Shown here one piece after another: positions 1 to 10,111 of a stretch of 64,000 nt of DNA (position 1 is the stretch's first letter; the number at the start of each line of letters is the position of its first letter). This DNA comes from a virus. Under the pieces are notes generated by a model. It was given only the letters and a program-made list of their open reading frames with translations, was not told where the DNA came from and did no database searches. A program made the position numbers and the translations under genes. Location of the stretch: the IMG/VR virus record IMGVR_UViG_3300037882_000456, positions 7,882 through 71,881 of that record; one strand, 5' to 3'.

Positions 1-44
1 AAGCCACTTCCTTAGGTCAGATGTAATAGAAAGAGTGTAGTCTG

Positions 45-644
45 TCATTTCACCCTCCTCAGATCCATAAGCACCTTGTCTTTTTCAGCCTGGACCGCAG
101 CCTGATATGCAGGATTCTTGATTAGCACGGACGGCCTAAAGTACATCATAAACTCTTCTCGTAATGCATTCTTTACCAAGTCTCCACCTGGATTAGGGAT
201 TACTACGGGATTCGCTGTCACGACCTGCTCTCCATCAATCTCGAACATCAAGACGGATGCATTCTTCGGAGCCACGGTAACCTCAATTCCCTCTTCCATA
301 ATCCTAGCCTTGTCTCTAAAGATGTGACCGCTGTTGGGAACGGGCAGGTTAGACTCTAGGTACTCGTATGAAATCTCAAAAGCATCTGTTCCAAGGTGAC
401 GAGAGATCAGCCTAAATAGACGATCACCGCCCGAACCCGTTTTGTCCCACTCATAGAGGTGATGGAACCTGTCCTTGTTCGCCCTCGCGCGTGCGTCTGT
501 GCGTCCGTAGAAGCCGGTTCTGAGCCCTACAAAAACGTTTCTGCTAAATCTCTCCGCTGATTGCTTAGAAGCCGCCTTAGAGATTACCTTGTTATGAGCA
601 TCCAGAATTCTCAAAGGGAGTTTTGGGTCAGAAAATCGAGCCAT
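45..644 (-). CDS. Neck/tail-completion region protein (virion morphogenesis)
   Basis: 199 aa ORF directly downstream of head-tail adaptor/stopper genes; synteny only. Confidence 0.5.
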   Translation of the reverse strand: MARFSDPKLPLRILDAHNKVISKAASKQSAERFSRNVFVGLRTGFYGRTDARARANKDRFHHLYEWDKTGSGGDRLFRLISRHLGTDAFEISYEYLESNLPVPNSGHIFRDKARIMEEGIEVTVAPKNASVLMFEIDGEQVVTANPVVIPNPGGDLVKNALREEFMMYFRPSVLIKNPAYQAAVQAEKDKVLMDLRRVK

Positions 645-1059
645 CCTGCACCTCCGAGCGGGTCAACATTGTGACGTATTCGATGATCTTGCCGTCTGCT
701 CCAACAACAGGAACAGAGCCGTTGCTGTCGAAGATGGTCGGCTCGCCATCATCTTCCCTCCACATTACGCCATTTGCGTCCTTTAGCAGGGACAACTTGT
801 ATTCCTTGGACACAGTGTTTCTTGTGTACATTCGGATAAAGTCCGTAGCAGAGTAAACGCCGCCGCCGGAATAGTTCTCGTACGTTCCAGGGGTGTCCTT
901 ACCAGATGCTGCAATACCTGCTGCATAACACTTTAGATTCTCTTCAAAGGAGTACCCTCTGACAAACTCTCCCGTATCTGGGTCCTGGGTCAGCACCTCT
1001 GAATACACGGCGACTGACATCGTGTAGCGTGATCCGGTCACGCAACCGAACAGGCTCAT
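628..1059 (-). CDS. Head-to-tail stopper-like protein
   Basis: 143 aa, beta-rich, follows adaptor with ATGA overlap. Confidence 0.6.
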   Translation of the reverse strand: MSLFGCVTGSRYTMSVAVYSEVLTQDPDTGEFVRGYSFEENLKCYAAGIAASGKDTPGTYENYSGGGVYSATDFIRMYTRNTVSKEYKLSLLKDANGVMWREDDGEPTIFDSNGSVPVVGADGKIIEYVTMLTRSEVQDGSIF

Positions 1060-1937
1060 AGTACCCTAAAGTTACCGATGCGGTAAGGCTCTAGGATCCT
1101 GTCTACTGCCATAAGTCCAGTGCCAGCGAATGCAAGCCTGTTGGCCCTTAGACCAGACTCACCAAACTTAACCTGATCGATGTACTGATTCTGCTTCACA
1201 GAATCCTCGCAAAGGTAATGAATGGAGAGCATCTTGCAGGCGAGTTCAACATCGTAAGGAACCGAATTCTCTCCATAGATCCCAGTAACTCTGTACCTGT
1301 ATCCCTCAGGGAAGCCTAGCGGGCTCTCTCCGTCCTTAACGTATAGTAGGTGGCCTGACGGGGAAATCTCTATCGAGTTGCCGTTCGTCTGCGTGTAGAG
1401 AATGTCTCCACCGCCGACCGAGACTGCGCCCACCCAGGAGAAATGCTCGTCGCTGTAAAGCCTGTCTCTATCCGTGCCATCAAACGTGCGGGCCTCGTAG
1501 AATCTACCGAACTGCCTGCCCGTGTACGCATTGATAACGTGGCGGGCAACCGATTCCATATCCCTAATCAGGCTTGGAGACTTGTAGTTCGCAGCGTTGA
1601 TGTCTGTAATGCTGATCCCGCCAGACGCAACAATAGATGCCACTGAAACGTACGGCTGCACAACGGCATAGTAAGACTTAATCACGCGAGGCGTTACGCC
1701 ATCAAGCATGTTAATTTCGACTCTGAACGGAGCAGGCCACGAAGAAAGGCCAGATACATCGACGGTCAGAGTCTTGTCTGTTCCAGAAGTAACAGATGTG
1801 TAAAGAAGGGGCGTCATAACCTCTTCCGGCATCGAGCGGTCATCGTACAGGGTTTGATACCCTCTGACGTTTTGGATGGTGTATGAGTCTTTTACGATGA
1901 AAGAAACATTGATCTCACCCTCGTAAATCTCAATCAT
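1056..1937 (-). CDS. Head-to-tail adaptor with N-terminal extension
   Basis: C-terminal half has 'INAYTGRQF...VPYDVELACKML...DRILEPYR', typical of gp15/gp6-like adaptors. Confidence 0.7.
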   Translation of the reverse strand: MIEIYEGEINVSFIVKDSYTIQNVRGYQTLYDDRSMPEEVMTPLLYTSVTSGTDKTLTVDVSGLSSWPAPFRVEINMLDGVTPRVIKSYYAVVQPYVSVASIVASGGISITDINAANYKSPSLIRDMESVARHVINAYTGRQFGRFYEARTFDGTDRDRLYSDEHFSWVGAVSVGGGDILYTQTNGNSIEISPSGHLLYVKDGESPLGFPEGYRYRVTGIYGENSVPYDVELACKMLSIHYLCEDSVKQNQYIDQVKFGESGLRANRLAFAGTGLMAVDRILEPYRIGNFRVL

Positions 1938-1992
1938 TCAGCCCACCCCTTAAAGTATTCATAGGTTGATTATAGCATGTTTGGGCACATGA

Positions 1993-2014
1993 GAAAGCCC
2001 CGCCGAAGCGGGGC
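1993..2014 (-). terminator. Intrinsic terminator
   Basis: GCCCCGC-TTCG-GCGGGGC followed by TTTC on minus strand. Confidence 0.7.
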
Positions 2015-2028
2015 CGTCTCTAGGTCTT

Positions 2029-2439
2029 TCAGTTGTAGAAAGCCTCAACCTCTGTGTCGCTAGCGACCTCAAACAAACCGGGCATTTCATCGATCATACC
2101 ATCAGCAACGGACTTCGCTACGATGAAGAACGGAGACTTAACGCTCCAGTTTCCGTAGACGTTTCCGTAACTACCCTGGTTAGACCTGTATGCAAGGACA
2201 GTATCCTCTCCCTCTACAAGGCCGTACACGCCGTACTCTCCGACGACCTCCGTGGGCTCGGGTGCAGTTTCGGCTCCCTCATCGTCACCACCGGCCTTTT
2301 CTAGGCTCTGATAAAGTTCAAATGTGACGCCATCTGCTTCTAGTTCTGCAAGGATGGTTTCCTTGGTCCCGGCGCTTGAAACACCAAACTCTTCCGCCAC
2401 GGCGACCAAGTCCTTCTTGCTCATTTTCTCAAAAGACAT
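2029..2439 (-). CDS. Acidic protein with N-terminal HeH/Rho-N-like motif
   Basis: 'MSKKDLVAVAEEFGVSSAGTKETILAEL'; located after the major capsid gene. Confidence 0.55.
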   Translation of the reverse strand: MSFEKMSKKDLVAVAEEFGVSSAGTKETILAELEADGVTFELYQSLEKAGGDDEGAETAPEPTEVVGEYGVYGLVEGEDTVLAYRSNQGSYGNVYGNWSVKSPFFIVAKSVADGMIDEMPGLFEVASDTEVEAFYN

Positions 2440-2482
2440 TTTAACCTCCTCTCGCTGTCTAGATCAATTCTACCATATAACA

Positions 2483-2509
2483 GAGAAGGAGGGCCGTTTC
2501 CGGCCCTCC
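2483..2509 (-). terminator. Intrinsic terminator after major capsid gene
   Basis: GGAGGGCCG-GAAA-CGGCCCTCC then TTCTCT on minus strand. Confidence 0.7.
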
Positions 2510-2535
2510 CGCTCCTATTAAGTTATACCGCCTAA

Positions 2536-3582
2536 TCAGGCAGCCTTGACGCGCACGTTCTTGATAGAGACGTATGCTTCCCAGTTCTCAACCTGGACAC
2601 CAAAGCGCATGTACATGGTGTACTCGGTCGAGTCCTTACGAGGCTTAAACTCGTCATAGAACTCGATGTCACGCTTGATACCCCAGATACGGTTACCTGG
2701 AACGGTCAACTCCACACGACCACGGTAGTCAGTGGTAGGTGCCACGACGGTCGGCTTCTCCTCATCGAAGAGGGGAACCTCAACGATTGGAACACCGAAC
2801 GCTAGTGGGTACCTGCCGCCACCTGATCCCTGAGGACCACCGATTGCGCCGCGAAGCACATCAGCGGAGATCTGCTCATTGGTTACACCCTGACCACTCT
2901 CAACGAGAGTCATCGAAGATAGGTAATCCTGAACAATACCGGAACCAGCATAGAAACGAAGCGCAGAGCGGTTAGCCTTGTACTTACGAGGCAACTGCTT
3001 TAGAGCCCTGTCGAAGGTTGCACGAGTAACGGCAAGATCTCCACCGTCTAGCGTGTTAGCCTTACCAACCGACCTCTTTACGAAGCCGTCGAGGATGTCA
3101 AGTCCATCGATAGCCACAGCAGTGTCACCGTTGATCGCTAGATCCTCGATGTCATTACCTGCCTGTGCAGCGAACAACTGAGCGATGTGCGTGGCAGTGC
3201 CTGCACCCTCAATGCTGTCCTCCTTGGCTTCCGTTGAAACTTCCCAGTCCAAACGAATCTTCTCTGTTACAAGAGAAATCTTCGAGAACACAACTGGGCT
3301 TGCAGCACTTGTGTCAGTTGCCTCAGTTGCCCTGCGGATGATACGCTCACCCACGGCAATCTTGTCAAGGTCCACAGTGTTCGACCTCATGGTGACCTTA
3401 CGCCCCTCCTTTGCAAGAGTGGTAGCGTCCCACATGTAATCGATGAATGCTGCTGCCTGCTCTGCGTTAAGTAGACCAGACGACTCAGCCATTGTAGTAA
3501 TGCCAGCGTTGCCTGTGCCAAGTCCGTTGAAGCCACCGGCTACAACATTGTCAACAGCCTTTTCTAGAATTTCATCAGCCAT
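2536..3582 (-). CDS. Major capsid protein (HK97 fold)
   Basis: 348 aa, 'GLLNAEQA..FID', 'NDIEDLAINGD', 'DGF'; follows protease/scaffold; strong RBS. Confidence 0.9.
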   Translation of the reverse strand: MADEILEKAVDNVVAGGFNGLGTGNAGITTMAESSGLLNAEQAAAFIDYMWDATTLAKEGRKVTMRSNTVDLDKIAVGERIIRRATEATDTSAASPVVFSKISLVTEKIRLDWEVSTEAKEDSIEGAGTATHIAQLFAAQAGNDIEDLAINGDTAVAIDGLDILDGFVKRSVGKANTLDGGDLAVTRATFDRALKQLPRKYKANRSALRFYAGSGIVQDYLSSMTLVESGQGVTNEQISADVLRGAIGGPQGSGGGRYPLAFGVPIVEVPLFDEEKPTVVAPTTDYRGRVELTVPGNRIWGIKRDIEFYDEFKPRKDSTEYTMYMRFGVQVENWEAYVSIKNVRVKAA

Positions 3583-3614
3583 TTTGTTTTTTCAACTCCT
3601 TTCGTTTTGGTTTT

Positions 3615-4871
3615 TTATAGTGATCGAACGGTGAAGCGATCCGCCCAAATATCGGACTGCGACTTCTCAATGACAGGGGCTACCTCGTCACGATCCGCAG
3701 ACTTGCGACCAACGATGGACTTTTCCACACTGCCCAAACGCTCGGTGACGGCAGCGAGTGCCTCAACCGATGCTCCCTGTGACTTGGTCACAGTCTCGTT
3801 GATTGTTGAACCAAGGGCTTCAACCTTGGCGTTTGTCTCTGTAGCGTTAAGGGCAAGACCCTCAACTGCCTTGGTGATACTCGAAAGAGTACCGGATAGC
3901 GAACCGACAGCCTCAGTGAGACTTGCTAGTTCGGCCTTCCAATCAATTTCCTCGACCGCAGCCTCGGGAGCGGTTGTCTCTGCGACAACTGCTTCTGCGC
4001 CAGCCTCAGCGGTGGCAACTACGGTGTCGGAAGTGTCGGACTTCTCTACAACGACCTCTTCGAGTACGGCTACCGTCTCGACGGCCTTTTCTACTGTTTC
4101 ATCAGCCATAACTTGTTCAACACCTTCTTCCTTTTGTACCGCTGGCAATGCGGTCATGTTTTTTAGTAATCCGGCAATTGCTTGTGCCTTTTCTGTGGAT
4201 GAGCCCTCGGATGCAATCCAACCGACCTTTTCCCCAGACGTTCCACAAACAGAACAGCCATCTGTCCCAATTGTAGCAAGTTTATCGTCAGAACACCAGA
4301 AAACATCCTGAGTTTCGACATCAACTGCAATACCGGAAATCTGTGTGTCACCATTGTCCATCTTTTGAACGGAGAATACGTTCGCAAGATGATTGGCTGG
4401 TGAGTCCACCAAACTTAATTCGTTAAGGATATACGCCTTGATAATGGTAATCCAGGTATTCAATTCCTCACTGAATACATCTTCCTTTTCAGTAACAAGG
4501 CCACCAATGGAGAAACCCGTGAGCGTCTTGTCTAGAACCTTTTCCCAGGTGGAAGCCGCGCCGCGAGAAACGTAAACATCAACATAGATGCCTTCGTACA
4601 TCTTCTCTGTGGCTGGATCGTAGTACATCTTCTCTCTGATAGAAACAACTCGACCGGCTGCGATCTTGTCGTGCATTTCACGAACGTTACCGCCCCATGC
4701 TTCGAACGCGGCCTTAGATGCAGAGGAAAGGACAATGTCGCCTTGGCGATCCAAATTGTCCAGCGTGGCAAAACCAGAAACGATTCTTCGCTCCTGGTCA
4801 ACCTTCATAATCGGGACGCTTAGATTAAGCGCGCCGTCATGGGATTCCCAGTGGCTCTTAGTAATTTCCAT
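3615..4871 (-). CDS. Prohead maturation protease fused to acidic scaffold
   Basis: 'VSGFATLDNLDRQGDIV', 'REMH', 'GFSIGG', 'ELSLVDSPAN'; Glu/Ala/Val-rich helical C-terminus. Confidence 0.88.
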   Translation of the reverse strand: MEITKSHWESHDGALNLSVPIMKVDQERRIVSGFATLDNLDRQGDIVLSSASKAAFEAWGGNVREMHDKIAAGRVVSIREKMYYDPATEKMYEGIYVDVYVSRGAASTWEKVLDKTLTGFSIGGLVTEKEDVFSEELNTWITIIKAYILNELSLVDSPANHLANVFSVQKMDNGDTQISGIAVDVETQDVFWCSDDKLATIGTDGCSVCGTSGEKVGWIASEGSSTEKAQAIAGLLKNMTALPAVQKEEGVEQVMADETVEKAVETVAVLEEVVVEKSDTSDTVVATAEAGAEAVVAETTAPEAAVEEIDWKAELASLTEAVGSLSGTLSSITKAVEGLALNATETNAKVEALGSTINETVTKSQGASVEALAAVTERLGSVEKSIVGRKSADRDEVAPVIEKSQSDIWADRFTVRSL

Positions 4872-4914
4872 TTGATGTCAGTATAACACAATAAGTTTAC
4901 GAGTTATTCGCAAA

Positions 4915-6489
4915 TTAAGGTGTTGCTCTTCCCTCACCCTTTGGTTGTCTCGCCTCACCAGAACTATCTGGTGAATTAGCGGAGCGATTAGCAGCGCGTG
5001 CGCTACCAGCCGATGGGCCACCGCCTGCTGGGGCTGGCTTTAGATCAACGACAGAGTCGCCACCGTCAATTCCAGGCATCCCCTTTCTGGCCCTAACCTC
5101 ATTAGGAACAATTACCTGCATTCTCAAATAACGCTCGTCAATCTTCGACTGAGTATCCTCGTCTGTTAGAGACAATTCATTCAGCGTGAAAACGAATACG
5201 TCACTCTTTTCCTTTACGATCATATTGATTCTCTTCTCAATAAGATCCTGCAACGGACGGGTTACCTGCTCCTTGAAAGTCTTGTCTGCATCGCGTGCAG
5301 CAGCAAGGGATACGCCGGGGAGCAGGGTGATCTTCGTGATCGGCGTGCGGTGTGCAGCCAAGATCTCGTCCCTGTTGTTGTCCTTATACTTGATGAAGGA
5401 AGCGTCTTGAATACCGGCCTCGATTGGCTTGATCTCAATTTCAACCTTGCGGTCTGGATCATCAGCAGGAAGCGGAACGTAAAGTGTCCTGTGGTGCTTG
5501 CCCTTCAACTTAACATCGAAGAACTCGTACATCGCCTGCTCGGCGGCTGTGGAAAGAGTTGCACCCTTTACCACGATCATGTGACGAGGGACCGCCTTGT
5601 TCTCAAAGTAGTCAAGGTTGAACAGGGTTGCGAAGCGCGAGCCCAGCACAGAGCCTACCGCTGGAATTATGTCGGGGACACCATAGAAGTCGTTGTTTGG
5701 AGCGTACTTCTTGAAGTGGATAACCTCGTTAGGCTCTGGGTCACCATTAATTGGGTCGGAGTAGTCAGTCTCTCCGAAGTTGCGGAAGAACACAGCCTTA
5801 TTGCCCTGTGCAATCTGAACGTAGCCGTCGCGTAGGCGACGCACTCGCATTGTTGTGGCAGGGATGTGACCAAGGTAAGCAATTTCGCCTCGTGCTGTGC
5901 GACCGATTTCTAGATAGCCACTACCAAGCGCGTCGTAATCCTTGAAGAACTTAATCAGAATCTCAACGATTGTGTCCTCTTGATTAAGTGCATCGAGCCA
6001 CTCAAAGTGCTCCTGCTTGATTCTCTCCAACTTCTTGCGGAACTTGTTTAGTTGATCCTTCTTGCCCTCTAGGTCATCCAACTTCTGAGTTGTGGCCGAG
6101 GTGGGTGCAAAGTCATAGCCAAGACCAACCGTGTTGTACGTCTTGGCGTTTACTGCTGCGTAGTGGTGGACGTTCTGCTCATAGAAGGATGCTAGCACGG
6201 CCATATTGAATGGCGGCTGCACTACATCAAAGAGCCCGTATGCTGTAAGACCGTTGTCGATCCTGGTAGAGGCAGCGCCTCCTGCACCGATATAACGCTT
6301 GTTGAGTGTCGCGGCCTTTCTCTTCATCTTTGGAGAGCCTGCGGCCTGCTTTAGTTCTTCGCCAGTCATCAAAAAGATGTCGCTTGCTCTTAACGCCGAC
6401 TCCTTCAAGACTGGGGACTCAGCGGTGTTTACCCTAACATCTGCAATCTCGTATACGCCATCATCGGGGCGCTCGTCTGCCTTAATCAC
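4915..6489 (-). CDS. Portal protein (PBSX-like)
   Basis: 'NEVIHFK...FYGVPDI', 'YFENKAVP', 'DASF..Y...NRDEI..AH', 'PNEVR'. Confidence 0.9.
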   Translation of the reverse strand: MIKADERPDDGVYEIADVRVNTAESPVLKESALRASDIFLMTGEELKQAAGSPKMKRKAATLNKRYIGAGGAASTRIDNGLTAYGLFDVVQPPFNMAVLASFYEQNVHHYAAVNAKTYNTVGLGYDFAPTSATTQKLDDLEGKKDQLNKFRKKLERIKQEHFEWLDALNQEDTIVEILIKFFKDYDALGSGYLEIGRTARGEIAYLGHIPATTMRVRRLRDGYVQIAQGNKAVFFRNFGETDYSDPINGDPEPNEVIHFKKYAPNNDFYGVPDIIPAVGSVLGSRFATLFNLDYFENKAVPRHMIVVKGATLSTAAEQAMYEFFDVKLKGKHHRTLYVPLPADDPDRKVEIEIKPIEAGIQDASFIKYKDNNRDEILAAHRTPITKITLLPGVSLAAARDADKTFKEQVTRPLQDLIEKRINMIVKEKSDVFVFTLNELSLTDEDTQSKIDERYLRMQVIVPNEVRARKGMPGIDGGDSVVDLKPAPAGGGPSAGSARAANRSANSPDSSGEARQPKGEGRATP

Positions 6490-6842
6490 TTCTTCTTGTC
6501 CCTTCTGATGTCATCCTTTAGCGATCCGAGGTCCCAGTCTGGAACCTGTCCGTTGAGCATCTGCTCGATCTGCACATCATTTTCGGTCGAGGTCAACTGG
6601 GTTGCGCCGTCAAGAAAGTGTGGTGCGCCCTCAGTGATACCGAGTTCCTTGGTCACATACTCTCTGATGCGGGCCATATTACTAATGTCGCCTACGCGGG
6701 AGTTGACAGAAAGAACATTTCCGGCTGAGTCACCAATGATATTGCCATCTGGCATCTTCCAGGTGTATACACCAACGCCAATATTGTCGCTTACCTTACG
6801 CCTGCGGTGGTTTACACCGGGCATGTTGCTGTTAATGGTCAT
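6486..6842 (-). CDS. Hypothetical protein coupled to portal
   Basis: 118 aa; leaderless TATACT-N6-ATG; overlaps portal start. Confidence 0.7.
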   Translation of the reverse strand: MTINSNMPGVNHRRRKVSDNIGVGVYTWKMPDGNIIGDSAGNVLSVNSRVGDISNMARIREYVTKELGITEGAPHFLDGATQLTSTENDVQIEQMLNGQVPDWDLGSLKDDIRRDKKK

Positions 6843-6875
6843 GCTATTAGTATAGCATATTGTTACGCCAATGTA

Positions 6876-7628
6876 CTAAAGTTCGATCCAGTCGGCTGGA
6901 AGTGTCACTGCGTTGTCATTTGGGACCGAAGTAACGCCAGTATCTGTCAAAACAGTCTCAACTGAGGGCTTCCTGTAGAACAACCTTGCATGCGTGGCTG
7001 CATCTGTAGCATCCAAAAGTCTCTGAGTTGCCGAGAACTGGTGCAAATAGAACGATCCGGTGCCAGTAGACATTCCAACGGTTACTGGTGAGGCTGCCTT
7101 CGCCGTGTACGCAATAGTGACGAGGCGGGAGTATGGAAAGGCTCGTGAGGTTGCGGTTGCCCATACCGCGCCATTTGCGTAAACAGTGGCAGCGCCTGTA
7201 ACAGTCAGGAGGCCAGCAGATGAGATATCTACGGTAATCGCTCCTCGTGCGATCCTGACCGTTCCAGAGACTGGCTTTACCATGAAAGAAACAGAACCAA
7301 CATCTACCTGATCTTGCCCTGCGATTAGCGGCTTGCAGAATGCGATTCCAGTTGTGCTAGTTTCCACTAGCACGCCATGCTGGTGCATGAGTTGTGGGCG
7401 CTTCTTGGGAACAATGGTTATCGTTGACGTTCCAATGTCGTGAGCGCCGCCCGAGGATAGGATGTTGTTTGCCGTAGCACCACCCTGGGCGAAAGCCCTG
7501 AATTGTAGGCTCTTGATGTCGCAGGTGTCACCGGAGAATGTGGACTTCAACGGAATATTCAGGGAGACAACCTTTCCGTCAGCGGGAACCGTATAGTTGC
7601 CAGTAATGGTAGTTGACTTCCTAATCAC
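6876..7628 (-). CDS. Putative minor structural protein
   Basis: 250 aa, beta/Thr-rich, coupled to upstream gene. Confidence 0.5.
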   Translation of the reverse strand: MIRKSTTITGNYTVPADGKVVSLNIPLKSTFSGDTCDIKSLQFRAFAQGGATANNILSSGGAHDIGTSTITIVPKKRPQLMHQHGVLVETSTTGIAFCKPLIAGQDQVDVGSVSFMVKPVSGTVRIARGAITVDISSAGLLTVTGAATVYANGAVWATATSRAFPYSRLVTIAYTAKAASPVTVGMSTGTGSFYLHQFSATQRLLDATDAATHARLFYRKPSVETVLTDTGVTSVPNDNAVTLPADWIEL

Positions 7629-9112
7629 TGTAGAACCTCCGTGATACCTGAGATTTCTGCATCGATGTAGAAGTAGGGCTGCCTAATGGTCAGTCCCTCA
7701 CGAAGGGCGACATCAAAGTTGATCGCCTTTTCAGCACGCACCGGGCGAGACGCTGAGGCGTACTCGGAAGTGAAGAATGTGTGAGCGCCCCAAGACGTAG
7801 AGGATACGGTTGGTGCCGCGTCGTCGAAACTATCCCATAGCCTCAACTGCCAAGTCCAGTTTGCCTGACTCGTGTAGTACGGCTGGTCGAAGGCCCCGTT
7901 GGCAGTGGATCGAGTGTTGCCAAATGTAACCTCGTAGTCTCTAAAGTTAATCCCAGCAGTTCCAGCAACAAGCATCGCGGTGCTTCCATAAACAACGTAT
8001 AGGCCGTTAGGGTTCCAGCCAAACCCAACATTTACTGCCGTCGCGTTACCAATCGCTGTAGCCGGTGTCGCTTGCTGAGTTACGGTCACAGAAGATGTGT
8101 CGATAAAGTTTGCATCTACAGAAAAGACAGTCCTGAGAAGATCCAGCCTATTGCCAGTGTTAAACCTGAGAGCGAACTGGTCAAGCCCTGGCCTTGCCGA
8201 GCGCAGATGAACAATGCCTCTGTTCGTTGCCGATGTGGTGTAGGACGGAATCTGAACGTTTGCGATTCCAGCGTTGGCTCCCCAAAAACCGGATGCACCG
8301 ACAGTAAAGTAGGAGTTTGTTGCAGTATCATATTCCTCCACCACGCCAAGATCCAAACCAAGAGCGCCATTCTCAACTGCCAGCCCGCTCACTAGGAACT
8401 CTGACCATGGAAGAGCCTTTGGAATGTCGTACTTAACGGCGTAGTCCTGAGAGAAGTCTGAAATATCGTAATCGACAAAGTCGTATCTTGCGCTGGCGTC
8501 AGGCGTTCCAAAGACCGCCTCTACCTGCCTAGACTGTACGAGAGGATCTGTCTGGAAAGATCGGTACAGGCCAAACGCGCCGAACACAAGTGTGCCTGCG
8601 GCAGGAGAGGTCATGGAGACAGTTGTGTGCGGCTTGAAATCTAGGTTGGCTACATCCCCTGATGCAACCAAAACTGCATCTACCCAAATTGAGTAGTTAG
8701 ATCGAGTCATGCTAATCGAAATCTGAGTCGTATCATCAGGCGTGAACTCTACTGGAACGACTTTCAGGGTAGTGTAAGGAAGTGTAATGTTGGCTAGGCC
8801 AGTAGACACGAATTCGATTAGGTTGTCTGCACCGGCCTTTGCTACCGTGAAGCCTGCCGACCCGGCCATGTACAGATAGAACTCTAGACACACAGAATCG
8901 TAAGTGTACAGGGACGGAATCGGAATGGACATTGACTTTGATGCCGCTGCGCCGTCAAACAGATATGCAAAATCAGACCCTGATACTATCGGGTCAACCT
9001 GCACTGGCGAGCCAGTCAAAGAAACAGCAGCACCAGATACCGCATCCACTAGAGACGCGTCGTGTAGAACCAGAACGTCGGCATCTACAATGGCTCTATC
9101 AAGTAGGGCCAC
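7625..9112 (-). CDS. Putative minor tail protein with LamG/ConA-like domain
   Basis: N-terminal pattern 'AYLFDG...CLEFYL...YSIWVDAVLV'. Confidence 0.5.
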   Translation of the reverse strand: MALLDRAIVDADVLVLHDASLVDAVSGAAVSLTGSPVQVDPIVSGSDFAYLFDGAAASKSMSIPIPSLYTYDSVCLEFYLYMAGSAGFTVAKAGADNLIEFVSTGLANITLPYTTLKVVPVEFTPDDTTQISISMTRSNYSIWVDAVLVASGDVANLDFKPHTTVSMTSPAAGTLVFGAFGLYRSFQTDPLVQSRQVEAVFGTPDASARYDFVDYDISDFSQDYAVKYDIPKALPWSEFLVSGLAVENGALGLDLGVVEEYDTATNSYFTVGASGFWGANAGIANVQIPSYTTSATNRGIVHLRSARPGLDQFALRFNTGNRLDLLRTVFSVDANFIDTSSVTVTQQATPATAIGNATAVNVGFGWNPNGLYVVYGSTAMLVAGTAGINFRDYEVTFGNTRSTANGAFDQPYYTSQANWTWQLRLWDSFDDAAPTVSSTSWGAHTFFTSEYASASRPVRAEKAINFDVALREGLTIRQPYFYIDAEISGITEVLQ

Positions 9113-9117
9113 TTAGT

Positions 9118-9414
9118 TCATGCCCCTAGAAGTTCCAGAGTCACTGGGGTTGGGATTCCTTCGTCCATACCTCGGATACCTGCGCTTAGTTGAAACTCAG
9201 TAAGTGCAGCCCTTACGTCTGGAAAACTAGAGTCTCCGTCAACATCATATCCAGCCTCAATAAGGCCTGCGAGTGCGGCCTGCCATTCTGGCAACGAGAG
9301 CGTGGTTACGCGCGTGGGAGCCTCCGGTGTCTCATCGACTACAACCTCTAGAACAGTCTCTACTGTCGTCTCGGCGTAATCCTCGAATACCTCATCAAAA
9401 TTCTTGCTTGCCAT
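9118..9414 (-). CDS. Small peptidoglycan-binding-domain protein
   Basis: 'WQAAL...GY..DG...AALTEFQ...G...GIP.PVTL'. Confidence 0.6.
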   Translation of the reverse strand: MASKNFDEVFEDYAETTVETVLEVVVDETPEAPTRVTTLSLPEWQAALAGLIEAGYDVDGDSSFPDVRAALTEFQLSAGIRGMDEGIPTPVTLELLGA

Positions 9415-9432
9415 GTTTCCTCCTAGTTAGTG

Positions 9433-9735
9433 TTATCGACCGATCAGGAAGTGAACCGTAAGCCATGAAAGAAACACAACTATACCCACTCGCCAGAAAA
9501 TCGCCCAATACAGAGTCTTGGACCTCGTTCCAAGCCAGATCTGCTCAGATAGTGTATCAAGTTTGCCCGAACGCCTAAGACCGTACCACTCCATTGTACC
9601 AAAGATTAGACCCCAGCCTACCCAGGCAAGGAAGAAAGCGTCTAGGGCGAAGGCGGTGACGGTAAGCGTACACGCTGCTATTAGAATCAGAACTGAAACC
9701 TTCTTAAACACTAAACCTCCTCCTGTAAAACTCAT
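9433..9735 (-). CDS. Membrane protein
   Basis: Three hydrophobic segments; 'DTLSEQIW'. Confidence 0.65.
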   Translation of the reverse strand: MSFTGGGLVFKKVSVLILIAACTLTVTAFALDAFFLAWVGWGLIFGTMEWYGLRRSGKLDTLSEQIWLGTRSKTLYWAIFWRVGIVVFLSWLTVHFLIGR

Positions 9736-10108
9736 GTGCTTCCATCATTCCCTCATCAGTATATAGCCTTGGGCGGCGGTGCTGATAATTCCAAGTAATA
9801 AAGAGTGTCCAGGTACCGGGCTTTAACTCGCTGATATAGTGTGCGTCAGTATTCTTCATTTTGTGGAATGAAAGTGCGCGGCGCTTGACAAACCTAGAAT
9901 CGTCCAAGCCCTCTGCCGGATTCTTAAACAGCCTCTCTGTGTACCAGCCCCACAGACCAACGGATAGGAAATCGCTCGGATGATCGTGCGGGACCTCGAT
10001 CATTTCCGAGGCTGGGTCGAGTCGGTGCAGAGAAAGCGTGAAAAAGCGATTCATCACAAAAAGATACTCTGTGATCTCGCCACGGATGCTCTTTTTCATA
10101 ACTTCCAA
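9704..10108 (-). CDS. Cupin/cysteine-dioxygenase-like protein (copy 2)
   Basis: 'PHDHP.DFLS.GL.GWY.E', 'H.I', 'WTLFIT'. Confidence 0.65.
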   Translation of the reverse strand: MEVMKKSIRGEITEYLFVMNRFFTLSLHRLDPASEMIEVPHDHPSDFLSVGLWGWYTERLFKNPAEGLDDSRFVKRRALSFHKMKNTDAHYISELKPGTWTLFITWNYQHRRPRLYTDEGMMEAHEFYRRRFSV

Positions 10109-10111
10109 TCT

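Noticed and set aside
3607-4311. Long antisense ORFs (e.g. 3607..4311, 16911..17801, 21314..21937, 40183..41136)
   Set aside because: Shadow frames of well-supported genes on the opposite strand; no RBS or motifs.
6486-9112. Terminase upstream of the portal
   Set aside because: No Walker A/B or nuclease motifs; the terminase must lie outside this window.
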